Positions 7,791 to 14,724 of a stretch of DNA of 15,256 bases are shown piece after piece. The notes below the pieces were generated by a model that was not told the DNA's origin, made no database searches, and saw only the letters and a program-made list of their open reading frames with translations. The DNA is taken from the UHGV virus genome UHGV-0159580. One strand, written 5' to 3'. Within the stretch, counting starts at the first letter, position 1. Every line of letters starts with the position of its first letter. The position numbers and the translations under genes are program-made. This stretch comes from a virus.

Positions 7791-8921
7791 CTACTTGAGC
7801 CCGTTGATGAATGCTTCAGTTTCAGCATCCATCGTTGCTGCTGCAGGTGCTGCTGCCGGAGCTGCTGCAGGTGCAGGCTCTGCTGCAGGCGCTGAAGCTG
7901 CTGCAAACGGGTCAATAGCTGTCTGAGCTGCTGGTGCAGTAGCAGGCGCAGCTGCCGGAGCTGCTGCAGGTGCAGGCTGAGTAGTCTGTGCCTGCTGAGT
8001 TGCTGACGGATTGATGACAATGTCAGGCCAGATGTCCGACACATCCTTGTAGTTAGCAAGGCGCATCTTAACCTGACGCTTGATGTCATCAGAAGCTTCG
8101 TGGTAGCCCCACTCCTTTTCGACATTCGGGTACTCCTTGAGCATGTCGACAATCTGCTGCATGATTTGCTGCTTGTATGCAGGGTCAGTGTCATACTTCG
8201 CCTGGTCAACAAGCGTGCCATCTGCAAGCAGCATCGACGATACGTTGGGCGAAATCGTCGAAGTCTCGTAGTCACGCATTTCAACACCATTGACGTCTTT
8301 CAGCGTAATCTTCAAGAGAATGTCGTGGCCCTTAACGGGATGGAACATGTCCATAGGCTGAGCGCCCATCTGGATGTCTTCGTCGGTCGGCTTCATTGCA
8401 GACATGCAACGCTTGTAGATGGCTGCGGGTAACCTGTATGGTAACACGCGACCAACGTTCTCAGTGTGCACTGAATCAGCCTTGATTTGCACGAGGCAAG
8501 TGTACTGACTCTGCATGCTGAACTCTCGCTTTGCAAGTGCTTCCTGCTGAGCATCCTTGGTATTGATGAGATCCCAGTAAAAATTTGATACTGGGCACCA
8601 ACCATAGGGTTTCATCAAATTTTCAGGATTTTCAGGATGCGGATTCGGCGAGCTCGGCGAATTGTAGCGGAAGCCCTGATTAGCGCCAGTCCCAAACCAG
8701 TAATAGCGGATGATTGAAATCGGCACAGCAGGGTCGTTCAAGTTCGGCAGAATTCGAATGACTGCTCGATAGATTCGGTCCTTACTTTCGGAAGGCTTAG
8801 GATTGAAGAACTCGGGTCCTGCAGAACGTTCCGGCTTAGCAAAGCTTGCTACATTGTCCGGCTGGACATCAAAGATTGACAGCGGCCGATTGCCATTCTG
8901 TCCATTTTCAATTTGTGACAT
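7791..8921 (-). CDS. Putative ssDNA-binding protein, T4 gp32-like, with a Pro/Ala-rich linker and a short C-terminal tail
   Basis: 376-aa ORF with ATG start. RAVIRILPNLNDPAVP resembles the gp32 segment I recall as QAVIRFLPSKNDEQAPF, and VGRVLPYRLPAAIYKRCMSAM resembles gp32 [20 protein letters not shown]. Both comparisons are from memory, not a search. A PAPAAAPAAAPA low-complexity linker precedes the tail ...TMDAETEAFINGLK. Confidence 0.55.
   Translation of the reverse strand: MSQIENGQNGNRPLSIFDVQPDNVASFAKPERSAGPEFFNPKPSESKDRIYRAVIRILPNLNDPAVPISIIRYYWFGTGANQGFRYNSPSSPNPHPENPENLMKPYGWCPVSNFYWDLINTKDAQQEALAKREFSMQSQYTCLVQIKADSVHTENVGRVLPYRLPAAIYKRCMSAMKPTDEDIQMGAQPMDMFHPVKGHDILLKITLKDVNGVEMRDYETSTISPNVSSMLLADGTLVDQAKYDTDPAYKQQIMQQIVDMLKEYPNVEKEWGYHEASDDIKRQVKMRLANYKDVSDIWPDIVINPSATQQAQTTQPAPAAAPAAAPATAPAAQTAIDPFAAASAPAAEPAPAAAPAAAPAAATMDAETEAFINGLK
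7800..7990. repeat. GC-rich simple-sequence region (GCTGCNGGN-type) encoding the Pro/Ala-rich linker, with a duplicated block of about 30 bp
   Basis: gctgccggagctgctgcaggtgcaggct occurs at about 7850 and again at about 7942. The surrounding sequence is a near-periodic gctgc(a/c)gg repeat. Confidence 0.7.
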
Positions 8922-9037
8922 CGCAATAAAATTTTAGAAAGTTTAACAAAAAGTTTGAAATAGACTCTTAAGAAAATCTTCAGAAGTTTATTTGTTTTGT
9001 ATATGTATATGATACAACATGCGAATATCATTTGCAC

Positions 9038-10291
9038 TTATCTTGCATGGCCACAGTCATAAACTGCAACATAACCTGCATCAATCATCTCTTGCTCATT
9101 TTGTCCGCAGTCTTCAATATGCTCTTTTGTTTTGAGATGACACCAGTGTTTGCGAATTGTCGACCTGTCATCTGACAGATGTGGCTTAAGTGCGAAGTCA
9201 GTTGAATCTACAGGTTCACCTGCAAGATGCTTTCTAATGACGTCAATGACTTCATTGTCATCCATCCATTCGAATATTGTAATGCAAGTGTAGCCATGCT
9301 TGAGAGCAAGCTGAGTTTTGTCGAAGTGATATTGCGTGCCAGTCGGCCAATTGTCTTTTGATTTGCCAACAATATAAATGTATGACAATGTTGAATTATG
9401 CGTAATTGTTGGATTGACTTCAATCAATAACTTACAACAATCATTGACATAGCTAAGGTCATATGAACGATTTTCAATGTTAACTGCATCAAAATCACAC
9501 GCAATTCCAAGTTCTTGCAATAATTTGTCATGCCACCATTTATTTGCTTTTGATATGACTTTGCCTTGTGCTGTACGACATTTAGTAGTCATACAATGCC
9601 AAGGCACACCATAACGTTGCATACATGTTTCTGATACTTTACTCATATTGCCGCATCCATTGCCGTATCGCTCACGCTTTATTGCAACGCATTTAGCAAT
9701 GTCACCAAACCCATTACCATATCGCTCACGCTTTGTCGCAATTGATTTAGCAATGTTGCCTGGTCCCGCATTGCCATATCGCTCACGCTTTGTCGCATGA
9801 ATTTTGTCAATAGGCCCAATTGCATTGCCATATTTAGCAATCTTTGCAGCAACAGTCTTTTGCATAGTTTCAGCACTGCATACACCATTATCATAGCGTT
9901 CAAGCTTTGTTGCTACTGCTTTCTGCGGATTACCTGAACGTGCGCCATAGCGTGCAATATTTGTTGCTTCACATTTTTCTTTTGGCCCAAATGTGTTGCC
10001 ATACAGTAGCTTCTTTGTGGCTTGCTGACGTTCAAGAGGTCCTTGTGCATAACCATAGCGCTCAATATTTGTTTGCTTACTTTTATCAATGACTGATTGC
10101 ACAAGTCTACAACTTTCTACACCATATTTGCGTAAGCACCCAATTTTTGTGCCATATCGATTCTTAATTTTGCCGTGTACAGTGACATTTCTGCTCAACC
10201 GAATGTTCTCAGTTGTTCTCAACAACTCATCTCGCTCTTGCTCAAGTTCTGCAATTCGTTTCTCAAGAGCTTCACCAGTTAGTGGTGTCAT
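9038..10291 (-). CDS. Repeat-containing protein: N-terminal coiled coil, about 9-10 tandem repeats of about 21 aa with an (K/E)RYG(N) core, and a C-terminal Vsr/DUF559-like PD-(D/E)xK endonuclease-like domain (homing-endonuclease-like)
   Basis: 417-aa ORF with ATG start and an ATGA overlap with the upstream gene. Repeats include IATKRERYGNAGPGNIAKS, IATKRERYGNGFGDIAKCV and AIKRERYGNGCGNM. The C-terminus LLIEVNPTITHNS...HFDKTQLALKHGYTCITIFEW follows the Vsr/DUF559 pattern (IEvDG..H...D..R...L...GW.vlRf). The domain assignment is by motif only. Confidence 0.45.
   Translation of the reverse strand: MTPLTGEALEKRIAELEQERDELLRTTENIRLSRNVTVHGKIKNRYGTKIGCLRKYGVESCRLVQSVIDKSKQTNIERYGYAQGPLERQQATKKLLYGNTFGPKEKCEATNIARYGARSGNPQKAVATKLERYDNGVCSAETMQKTVAAKIAKYGNAIGPIDKIHATKRERYGNAGPGNIAKSIATKRERYGNGFGDIAKCVAIKRERYGNGCGNMSKVSETCMQRYGVPWHCMTTKCRTAQGKVISKANKWWHDKLLQELGIACDFDAVNIENRSYDLSYVNDCCKLLIEVNPTITHNSTLSYIYIVGKSKDNWPTGTQYHFDKTQLALKHGYTCITIFEWMDDNEVIDVIRKHLAGEPVDSTDFALKPHLSDDRSTIRKHWCHLKTKEHIEDCGQNEQEMIDAGYVAVYDCGHAR
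9657..9835. repeat. Tandem direct repeats of about 57-60 bp, at least three well-conserved copies, inside CDS 9038..10291
   Basis: attgccRtatcgctcacgcttt(a/g)t(t/c)gca... recurs at about 9657, 9713 and 9771, with degenerate copies continuing toward 10180. These encode the (K/E)RYG protein repeats. Confidence 0.8.
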
Positions 10292-11028
10292 TTCACTTCA
10301 GGTTTTGCTTGCTTGGCCAACTCAGCTTCAGCATTGAACTCTTTGCCCTCAGCTTTCATTGTTTCGGCATAAGTCTTTTCATCAGTATAGCGTTCTACAT
10401 CATCGCCAAGTAATTTTGCGACTTCATCATCTGCTTCAAACAATGGCTGTGGATTGTCATCGTTGTCATCTTTGAGTTGCTCAAATGTGCTGTTATGCTT
10501 TTCTGCAATTTTGATGAGGTCGACGATTGAACGAGTTACGAGTTCACCATTGATGCCTGACTGCTGTTCAGATTGACCAGAGCCTTGTTGCAATTCTGCT
10601 TGGGTTGCTCGAACATTATTGTTGAGTGACGCAAGTACATTGGGAAGCGTTCGACAATATGATATATATTGCTGAACCAACGACATTGCGTCATTCTGTA
10701 GTTTGATGAGAAACGCAAACTCACCCATGCCTCCGCCTTGTGCATCAATGCGCTCGAACACTGAATCAAGTGCATGCATTGCATAGAACACTTGTTTGCA
10801 AAGCAAATTGATGTTTGTCTTCTCCATCTCAATTGATGCATCAATAAACGGTGACTTGACATCAGCTGCTATGCACAATTTGCGAACTTCGTCAACGTAT
10901 TTTGAACACTTGTCAAGTGTTTTGTCAAGTTTGCTTCGGTCAAACTGCTTGTAAACTTCTAACGCATCGCTTACTTCTGCAGCATCCAATATTGCATTTG
11001 CTGCAGCCAATTCTGATTCTCTGCTCAT
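10288..11028 (-). CDS. Hypothetical protein with an acidic C-terminal region
   Basis: 246-aa ORF with ATG start. The overlapping 10536..10862 ORF is in another frame and less protein-like. Confidence 0.7.
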   Translation of the reverse strand: MSRESELAAANAILDAAEVSDALEVYKQFDRSKLDKTLDKCSKYVDEVRKLCIAADVKSPFIDASIEMEKTNINLLCKQVFYAMHALDSVFERIDAQGGGMGEFAFLIKLQNDAMSLVQQYISYCRTLPNVLASLNNNVRATQAELQQGSGQSEQQSGINGELVTRSIVDLIKIAEKHNSTFEQLKDDNDDNPQPLFEADDEVAKLLGDDVERYTDEKTYAETMKAEGKEFNAEAELAKQAKPEVK

Positions 11029-11049
11029 CTGCCAATAGTGTAAATATCG

Positions 11050-11664
11050 CTAGCGCAATATAGTCCAAGCTTCAATAATTGCTGAAAAATCTTCAAAGGG
11101 CATTGTAGTGTAGCCGGAATCACCCCAAGATACACCCCAGCTATTCTTAATGATGAATGAGTCTTTTGTGTAGCCGACAATTGACACTGCATGCCCACCA
11201 AAATTGCCATCGCCTTTCCAAAAATGCTCAGCATCAATGTCTTTTACGAGCATGCCAACAAAGACAGGCCCATTTGCTACAACAGCAGATTTGATTTCAT
11301 CAATTGTGTAGCAACGTCTGTATGCAGTTATTGGCAATTGCTCTGAGCCCTTTGACATCTTGATTGGCTGTGCTTTGAGCAGCTTAAAGACATCACGTGG
11401 AATCATGCCCTCTTGAGGTGCATTTGAACGACGCTCATACAATGCTTTGATGTCAAGCTTGCCTTGCATAGACAGCACAGAAGACCACCAGTCAATCATT
11501 GTTGCTGCTGTGTAAGCTGCACACATTGATGTACTGCCTTGGTCTTCTACTTGAAGTTGAGCCAACTTGTACACAAGTGGCAAATCTGTTTTTGCGTCAA
11601 AACGCAAGTCTCTGTCATCTTGAGGCGACTGGATGTAGCCCAGTCCATATGTCGTTTGTTTCAT
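11050..11664 (-). CDS. Papain-family (C1) cysteine peptidase, without propeptide or signal peptide
   Basis: All three catalytic-region signatures of C1A peptidases are present with papain-like spacing: VEDQGSTSMCAAYTA (oxyanion Gln six residues before the catalytic Cys, as papain Q19/C25), GGHAVSIVGY (catalytic His; papain DHAVAAVGY) and IKNSWGVSWGDSGY (catalytic Asn; papain IKNSWGTGWGENGY). Confidence 0.85.
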   Translation of the reverse strand: MKQTTYGLGYIQSPQDDRDLRFDAKTDLPLVYKLAQLQVEDQGSTSMCAAYTAATMIDWWSSVLSMQGKLDIKALYERRSNAPQEGMIPRDVFKLLKAQPIKMSKGSEQLPITAYRRCYTIDEIKSAVVANGPVFVGMLVKDIDAEHFWKGDGNFGGHAVSIVGYTKDSFIIKNSWGVSWGDSGYTTMPFEDFSAIIEAWTILR

Positions 11665-11679
11665 ATCAGATAATGTATC

Positions 11680-11976
11680 TCATTGTTCATGCCAGTGTCC
11701 TGTCAAGTCAAACATTGCTTCACGTTGTGCCTTTGTGCATTTTGCAATGTCGTCAATAATCCAACACGGAGTGCTTCCCCAGTTGCAATATCGAATATAG
11801 CCTAATTGCTCAAGTTCTGCAATTGGGTCATATGCAAGACTAACTGGCATATTGTACGCGTCAAACAGCTCTGGTTTGAGCTTTTGCAACAAAGTGTCAG
11901 CAGTTTTGCTATGTTCAGCAAAGCCGCAATATGTGACTTGGCCTGATGGGCTTAACCAGCAAGATTGCATTGTCAT
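11680..11976 (-). CDS. Hypothetical small protein
   Basis: 98-aa ORF with ATG start and an ATGA overlap with the upstream lipoprotein-like gene. Confidence 0.6.
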   Translation of the reverse strand: MTMQSCWLSPSGQVTYCGFAEHSKTADTLLQKLKPELFDAYNMPVSLAYDPIAELEQLGYIRYCNWGSTPCWIIDDIAKCTKAQREAMFDLTGHWHEQ

Positions 11977-12335
11977 TCATTTGGTTGAGGCTCAATTCGC
12001 ATCACTACACGCACAGAATCTCTATAAGGATAAACTGACGCAACAATCAAATACCAACGTTTGTCGTCAACTTCGCCATTTGACTTGATGTATGGCGCAG
12101 AAGTAGCAATATATCGAGCATGTTTGAATGTCGTATCTACTCTTGCAACAAGACAGGTAGAATCAGTCGCTTGAGCATGCCACACATCAATTTCAGGCAA
12201 ATGTGTATTGTGTGCGTTGCATACACTGTCAACAAATTCTCGTGGTTGCAAAGTGACAGTCGACACATATGTTGGTTTAACTGCAGCACATGCAATACAT
12301 GCAATTGCAATGAACAACAATGTAAATCGTTTCAT
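11973..12335 (-). CDS. Putative secreted protein or lipoprotein (N-terminal signal peptide with Cys-containing lipobox-like segment)
   Basis: MKRFTLLFIAIACIACAAV has a positively charged N-terminus, a hydrophobic core and IAC/IAC cysteines at positions 13 and 16. 120 aa, ATG start. Confidence 0.65.
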   Translation of the reverse strand: MKRFTLLFIAIACIACAAVKPTYVSTVTLQPREFVDSVCNAHNTHLPEIDVWHAQATDSTCLVARVDTTFKHARYIATSAPYIKSNGEVDDKRWYLIVASVYPYRDSVRVVMRIEPQPNE

Positions 12336-12339
12336 ATTC

Positions 12340-12600
12340 TTAGACGTTTTGTAGTTCTACAATATCATATCGCTTATGCAATTCAGACCAGTCACGAACG
12401 TAGCCTGTCATAAAGACGTGCAACATGTATGGTTTGTTGTCAGCATACTTGACTGCGCCTGCAGCATCTTTGATTTGCTTGGCTGTTAGCCAAACTTCTG
12501 CATTGTTGTTTGCATATACACAACGATACACCGGTTCTGATAATTCAGTCACTGTGATTTTCTTGCCATTGCGAAGTATGCATCGTACTTGTTTGTCCAT
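12340..12600 (-). CDS. Hypothetical small protein, paralog of CDS 12924..13208
   Basis: The ORF-track start at 12609 is TTG; the first ATG is at 12600 (MDKQVRCILRNGKKITVTELSEPVYRC...HVFMTGYVRDWSELHKRY). It aligns with the 12924..13208 product (NG..I.ITEL..PV..C...LHV...GYVR.W.EL). Confidence 0.65.
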   Translation of the reverse strand: MDKQVRCILRNGKKITVTELSEPVYRCVYANNNAEVWLTAKQIKDAAGAVKYADNKPYMLHVFMTGYVRDWSELHKRYDIVELQNV

Positions 12601-12630
12601 TGCTTGCAATTTATGATATTGTTAAGATAT

Positions 12631-12927
12631 CTACAAAAAGCAATGCACCATAAAACCCAAGAACATAATTATTGCAGGCTGCATGATGCAATACATAAAG
12701 AACTGTGCAGCAATTGGCAATTCACTGAACTTGTTGACTGTGTCATGATTCTTGAACAATGCCAGTACAAATGATATCCCAATTGCATGCTTAAGTGATA
12801 ACGCAGTCAATGCGGGCCACACGGGCATTACAAACCACTCCCAGAAGTTCATAATAATGCAGCCATTCAGAATGTAGCCTAACAGCATGAACACAATGCA
12901 TGCAACAGTTATCAGAAAGTTTTTCAT
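12631..12927 (-). CDS. Small integral membrane protein (about 3 predicted TM helices)
   Basis: 98 aa with ATG start. Three hydrophobic stretches: FLITVACIVFMLLGYILNGCIIM, VWPALTALSLKHAIGISFVLALF and FFMYCIMQPAIIMFLGFMVHCFL. ATGA overlap with the upstream paralog gene. Confidence 0.7.
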   Translation of the reverse strand: MKNFLITVACIVFMLLGYILNGCIIMNFWEWFVMPVWPALTALSLKHAIGISFVLALFKNHDTVNKFSELPIAAQFFMYCIMQPAIIMFLGFMVHCFL

Positions 12928-13208
12928 ATACGCTCAAGTTTTATGATGTCAGTTCTTAATGATTTGTATGCGGCAAATAATTCAGTCCAGCCTCGTACAT
13001 AACCAACGCCAATTACATGCAATGCATGCGCATCTGGTTTTGCATGACAATGTCTTGCATGAGGCTGCTGTTCAAGTTCTGCTTGTGTAAGATAGGCCTT
13101 TGATGAGTCATCATGCACAAAACATGGAAATACTGGCTGTGCAAGTTCTGTTATGTCAATGTCTTGACCATTAGATAGCTTTGCAAGATATAATGTATTG
13201 GCTTGCAT
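12924..13208 (-). CDS. Hypothetical small protein, paralog of CDS 12340..12600
   Basis: 94 aa with ATG start (MQANTLYLAKLSNGQDIDITELAQPVFPC...HVIGVGYVRGWTELFAAYK). Shares conserved blocks with the 12340..12600 product. Confidence 0.65.
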   Translation of the reverse strand: MQANTLYLAKLSNGQDIDITELAQPVFPCFVHDDSSKAYLTQAELEQQPHARHCHAKPDAHALHVIGVGYVRGWTELFAAYKSLRTDIIKLERI

Positions 13209-13345
13209 GTTACATTGAGATGTTAAGAATTCGCTTGACTACAGAATCGATATCATTGTTTGCTACATTGCACAGTTCCATGCGAACATTAGAATCAATG
13301 AACAAGTCATGAAACGTTGACGCAGCTTGAACAACTTATTTGAGC

Positions 13346-13636
13346 TCATATTCGTGTAAGTTTGATGACACAATGCCGACAAGCTGCAAAAGTACTCAAT
13401 ATTGTTTCTACTTTGACACTGTACTGCACGTCAATAATGCGATATGCGCCACACAATGTCGACATTTCTTGACGACGTTCTGCAGGAACATTAACACTGT
13501 CTGTCAAATTGATGATTGCGCCAATTTGCATAGATGACATGACTGCAAATTGTTCTGGACCTACTTCTGCTTTGCGATATGCGACTTGTTTGTTGTTTTC
13601 GCAAATGCTGAATGCTACTATATAATTTGGTGTCAT
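13346..13636 (-). CDS. Hypothetical protein
   Basis: 96-aa ORF with ATG start. The overlapping 13491..13775 ORF is in another frame and judged spurious. Confidence 0.55.
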   Translation of the reverse strand: MTPNYIVAFSICENNKQVAYRKAEVGPEQFAVMSSMQIGAIINLTDSVNVPAERRQEMSTLCGAYRIIDVQYSVKVETILSTFAACRHCVIKLTRI

Positions 13637-13653
13637 GATGACTGTGTGTTAAT

Positions 13654-14136
13654 TTATTCGTTATCGTCAGTATCGCATCCCATGCAATCTTCAAGAGTTG
13701 CAAAATCATCGTCAAAGTCATCGAATTCAGGCTCTTTATTACACCACTTGTATGGCGGATTGTTGAGCAATTCATGCTCTATTGCATTTGACTGTGCAGA
13801 AAGTGGAACATATTCGAACGCTTTGACTGACATGTCAAATTTGATGCAATGCAGCCACGGAAACATATCAGTGTCCTCATTCACAATTGGCTGACGAACG
13901 TAGTCTTTCATTGCAATGAACTTGCTGCGGGCGTCCCAGTCTTTTATAGGAATTTCAAATTGCGATATGGTCGTATGACAATCGTCAAAGAAATTGCAGG
14001 ATACACCTACAATAACATGAGAGTCTGTACGTTTGCGTTCTATTGCAAGAAAGTCATGTTTCTTAGAAAGACGAACTTCTCCATGTTTCTCTAAGAAGAT
14101 TTTAAGAAGCTCTTTGTTAATGTCGTTGATGTTCAT
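13654..14136 (-). CDS. Hypothetical protein with an acidic, Cys-containing C-terminus
   Basis: 160-aa ORF with ATG start. The C-terminus is ...EFDDFDDDFATLEDCMGCDTDDNE; CNFFDDCH and CMGC cysteine pairs are present. The 14 nt upstream of the ATG are near-identical to those upstream of the next gene. Confidence 0.65.
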   Translation of the reverse strand: MNINDINKELLKIFLEKHGEVRLSKKHDFLAIERKRTDSHVIVGVSCNFFDDCHTTISQFEIPIKDWDARSKFIAMKDYVRQPIVNEDTDMFPWLHCIKFDMSVKAFEYVPLSAQSNAIEHELLNNPPYKWCNKEPEFDDFDDDFATLEDCMGCDTDDNE

Positions 14137-14158
14137 TGTTGTAGAGATTTTGTGATGT

Positions 14159-14473
14159 TTAATACTGAGTTTTTGCAGATATAGCTACTTTAATTGCTGC
14201 TTTAATTTGTTCGATTGCATCTTGTGAGAACAATTCTGGCACTGCTAAATAGTGATACCATGATGTTGGCGCTGCCTGCATATCAGTTCGTTTAACTGCG
14301 AACCGAAGTTCTTTTGGCGAACCAAGGCAACCCATGTATTGACAGCTTGTTAACTTAACTTGTGCATTGTTAATGCTGCTATGAATATCAAGATGAGACA
14401 GATTTATTCTGTCATAGAATTTTAGATGCTTTAGTTGTTTTTCAATTGCTTTGAATGCGTTTGTATTATTCAT
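14159..14473 (-). CDS. Hypothetical protein
   Basis: The ORF-track start at 14506 is a TTG lying inside a TGCAATA repeat; the first ATG is at 14473 (MNNTNAFKAIEKQLKHL...). The leader AAACCTCTACAACA-ATG is shared with CDS 13654..14136 (AAATCTCTACAACA-ATG). Confidence 0.6.
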   Translation of the reverse strand: MNNTNAFKAIEKQLKHLKFYDRINLSHLDIHSSINNAQVKLTSCQYMGCLGSPKELRFAVKRTDMQAAPTSWYHYLAVPELFSQDAIEQIKAAIKVAISAKTQY

Positions 14474-14501
14474 TGTTGTAGAGGTTTGTATACTATATTG
14501 A

Positions 14502-14522
14502 TGCAATATGCAATATGCAATA
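14502..14522. repeat. Three tandem copies of the heptamer TGCAATA, 29-49 nt upstream of the ATG of CDS 14159..14473
   Basis: tgcaata-tgcaata-tgcaata, read directly from the sequence. Confidence 0.8.
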
Positions 14523-14621
14523 TATTAAAATATATTGATATATGATAATTGTACTACAAAAATCCCAAATTTGCACACTTTGATAATCAAAAGTGCAAAC
14601 AAAATTCAAAGTTATATTGTA

Positions 14622-14653
14622 CATCATAAAGTGCAAATTTGCACTTTATGATG
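14622..14653. promoter_or_regulatory. Perfect 32-bp palindrome (candidate operator for a dimeric DNA-binding protein, or hairpin)
   Basis: catcataaagtgcaaatttgcactttatgatg is its own reverse complement; the core is GTGCA-N4-TGCAC. Related half-sites occur at 14568 (TTTGCACAC) and 14591 (AAAGTGCAAA) in the same gap. Confidence 0.55.
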
Positions 14654-14667
14654 CTGCAAAATGTCTG

Positions 14668-14700
14668 CATAAAATAAGCAGCTTAGCAATCTAAGCTGCT
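14668..14700 (-). terminator. Rho-independent terminator candidate downstream of minus-strand CDS 14725..15240
   Basis: Perfect 10-bp stem agcagcttag/ctaagctgct with a 4-nt loop at 14677..14700, followed on the minus strand by UAUUUUAUG (plus 14668..14676). Confidence 0.55.
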
Positions 14701-14724
14701 GTCATTGCGTATATGCAGTCACTG

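Noticed and set aside
7691-8290. 199-aa minus-strand ORF rich in Leu/Arg/Gln/Ser
   Set aside because: Alternative-frame reading of the GC-rich repeat region that encodes the Pro/Ala linker of the SSB-like gene. It overlaps both the helicase start and the SSB-like CDS.
8849-9037. 62-aa minus-strand ORF in the A/T-rich gap upstream of the SSB-like gene
   Set aside because: Low-complexity hydrophobic/Lys-rich translation of A/T-rich intergenic DNA; it overlaps the SSB-like gene start.
10536-10862. 108-aa minus-strand ORF inside CDS 10288..11028
   Set aside because: Entirely nested in another frame of a longer, more protein-like ORF.
11025-11237. 70-aa minus-strand ORF overlapping the 3' end of the papain-like peptidase gene
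   Set aside because: It overlaps the peptidase catalytic Asn/His region in another frame; the peptidase frame is strongly supported by motifs.
13209-13345. Possible 23-codon micro-ORF (MELCNVANNDIDSVVKRILNISM) on the minus strand in the 137-bp gap, ending 1 nt before the next gene's ATG
   Set aside because: Too short to support from sequence alone and with no recognisable features. The gap more likely holds promoter or leader sequence.
13491-13775. 94-aa minus-strand ORF bridging CDS 13346..13636 and 13654..14136
   Set aside because: It overlaps two better-supported ORFs in a different frame; the product is Ser/Arg/His-rich and lacks independent support.
14474-14724. tRNA or other structured RNA gene in the large A/T-rich gap
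   Set aside because: No GC-rich cloverleaf arms or T-loop-like (GTTCRANTC) element seen. The hairpins present are better explained as a terminator and a palindromic operator.
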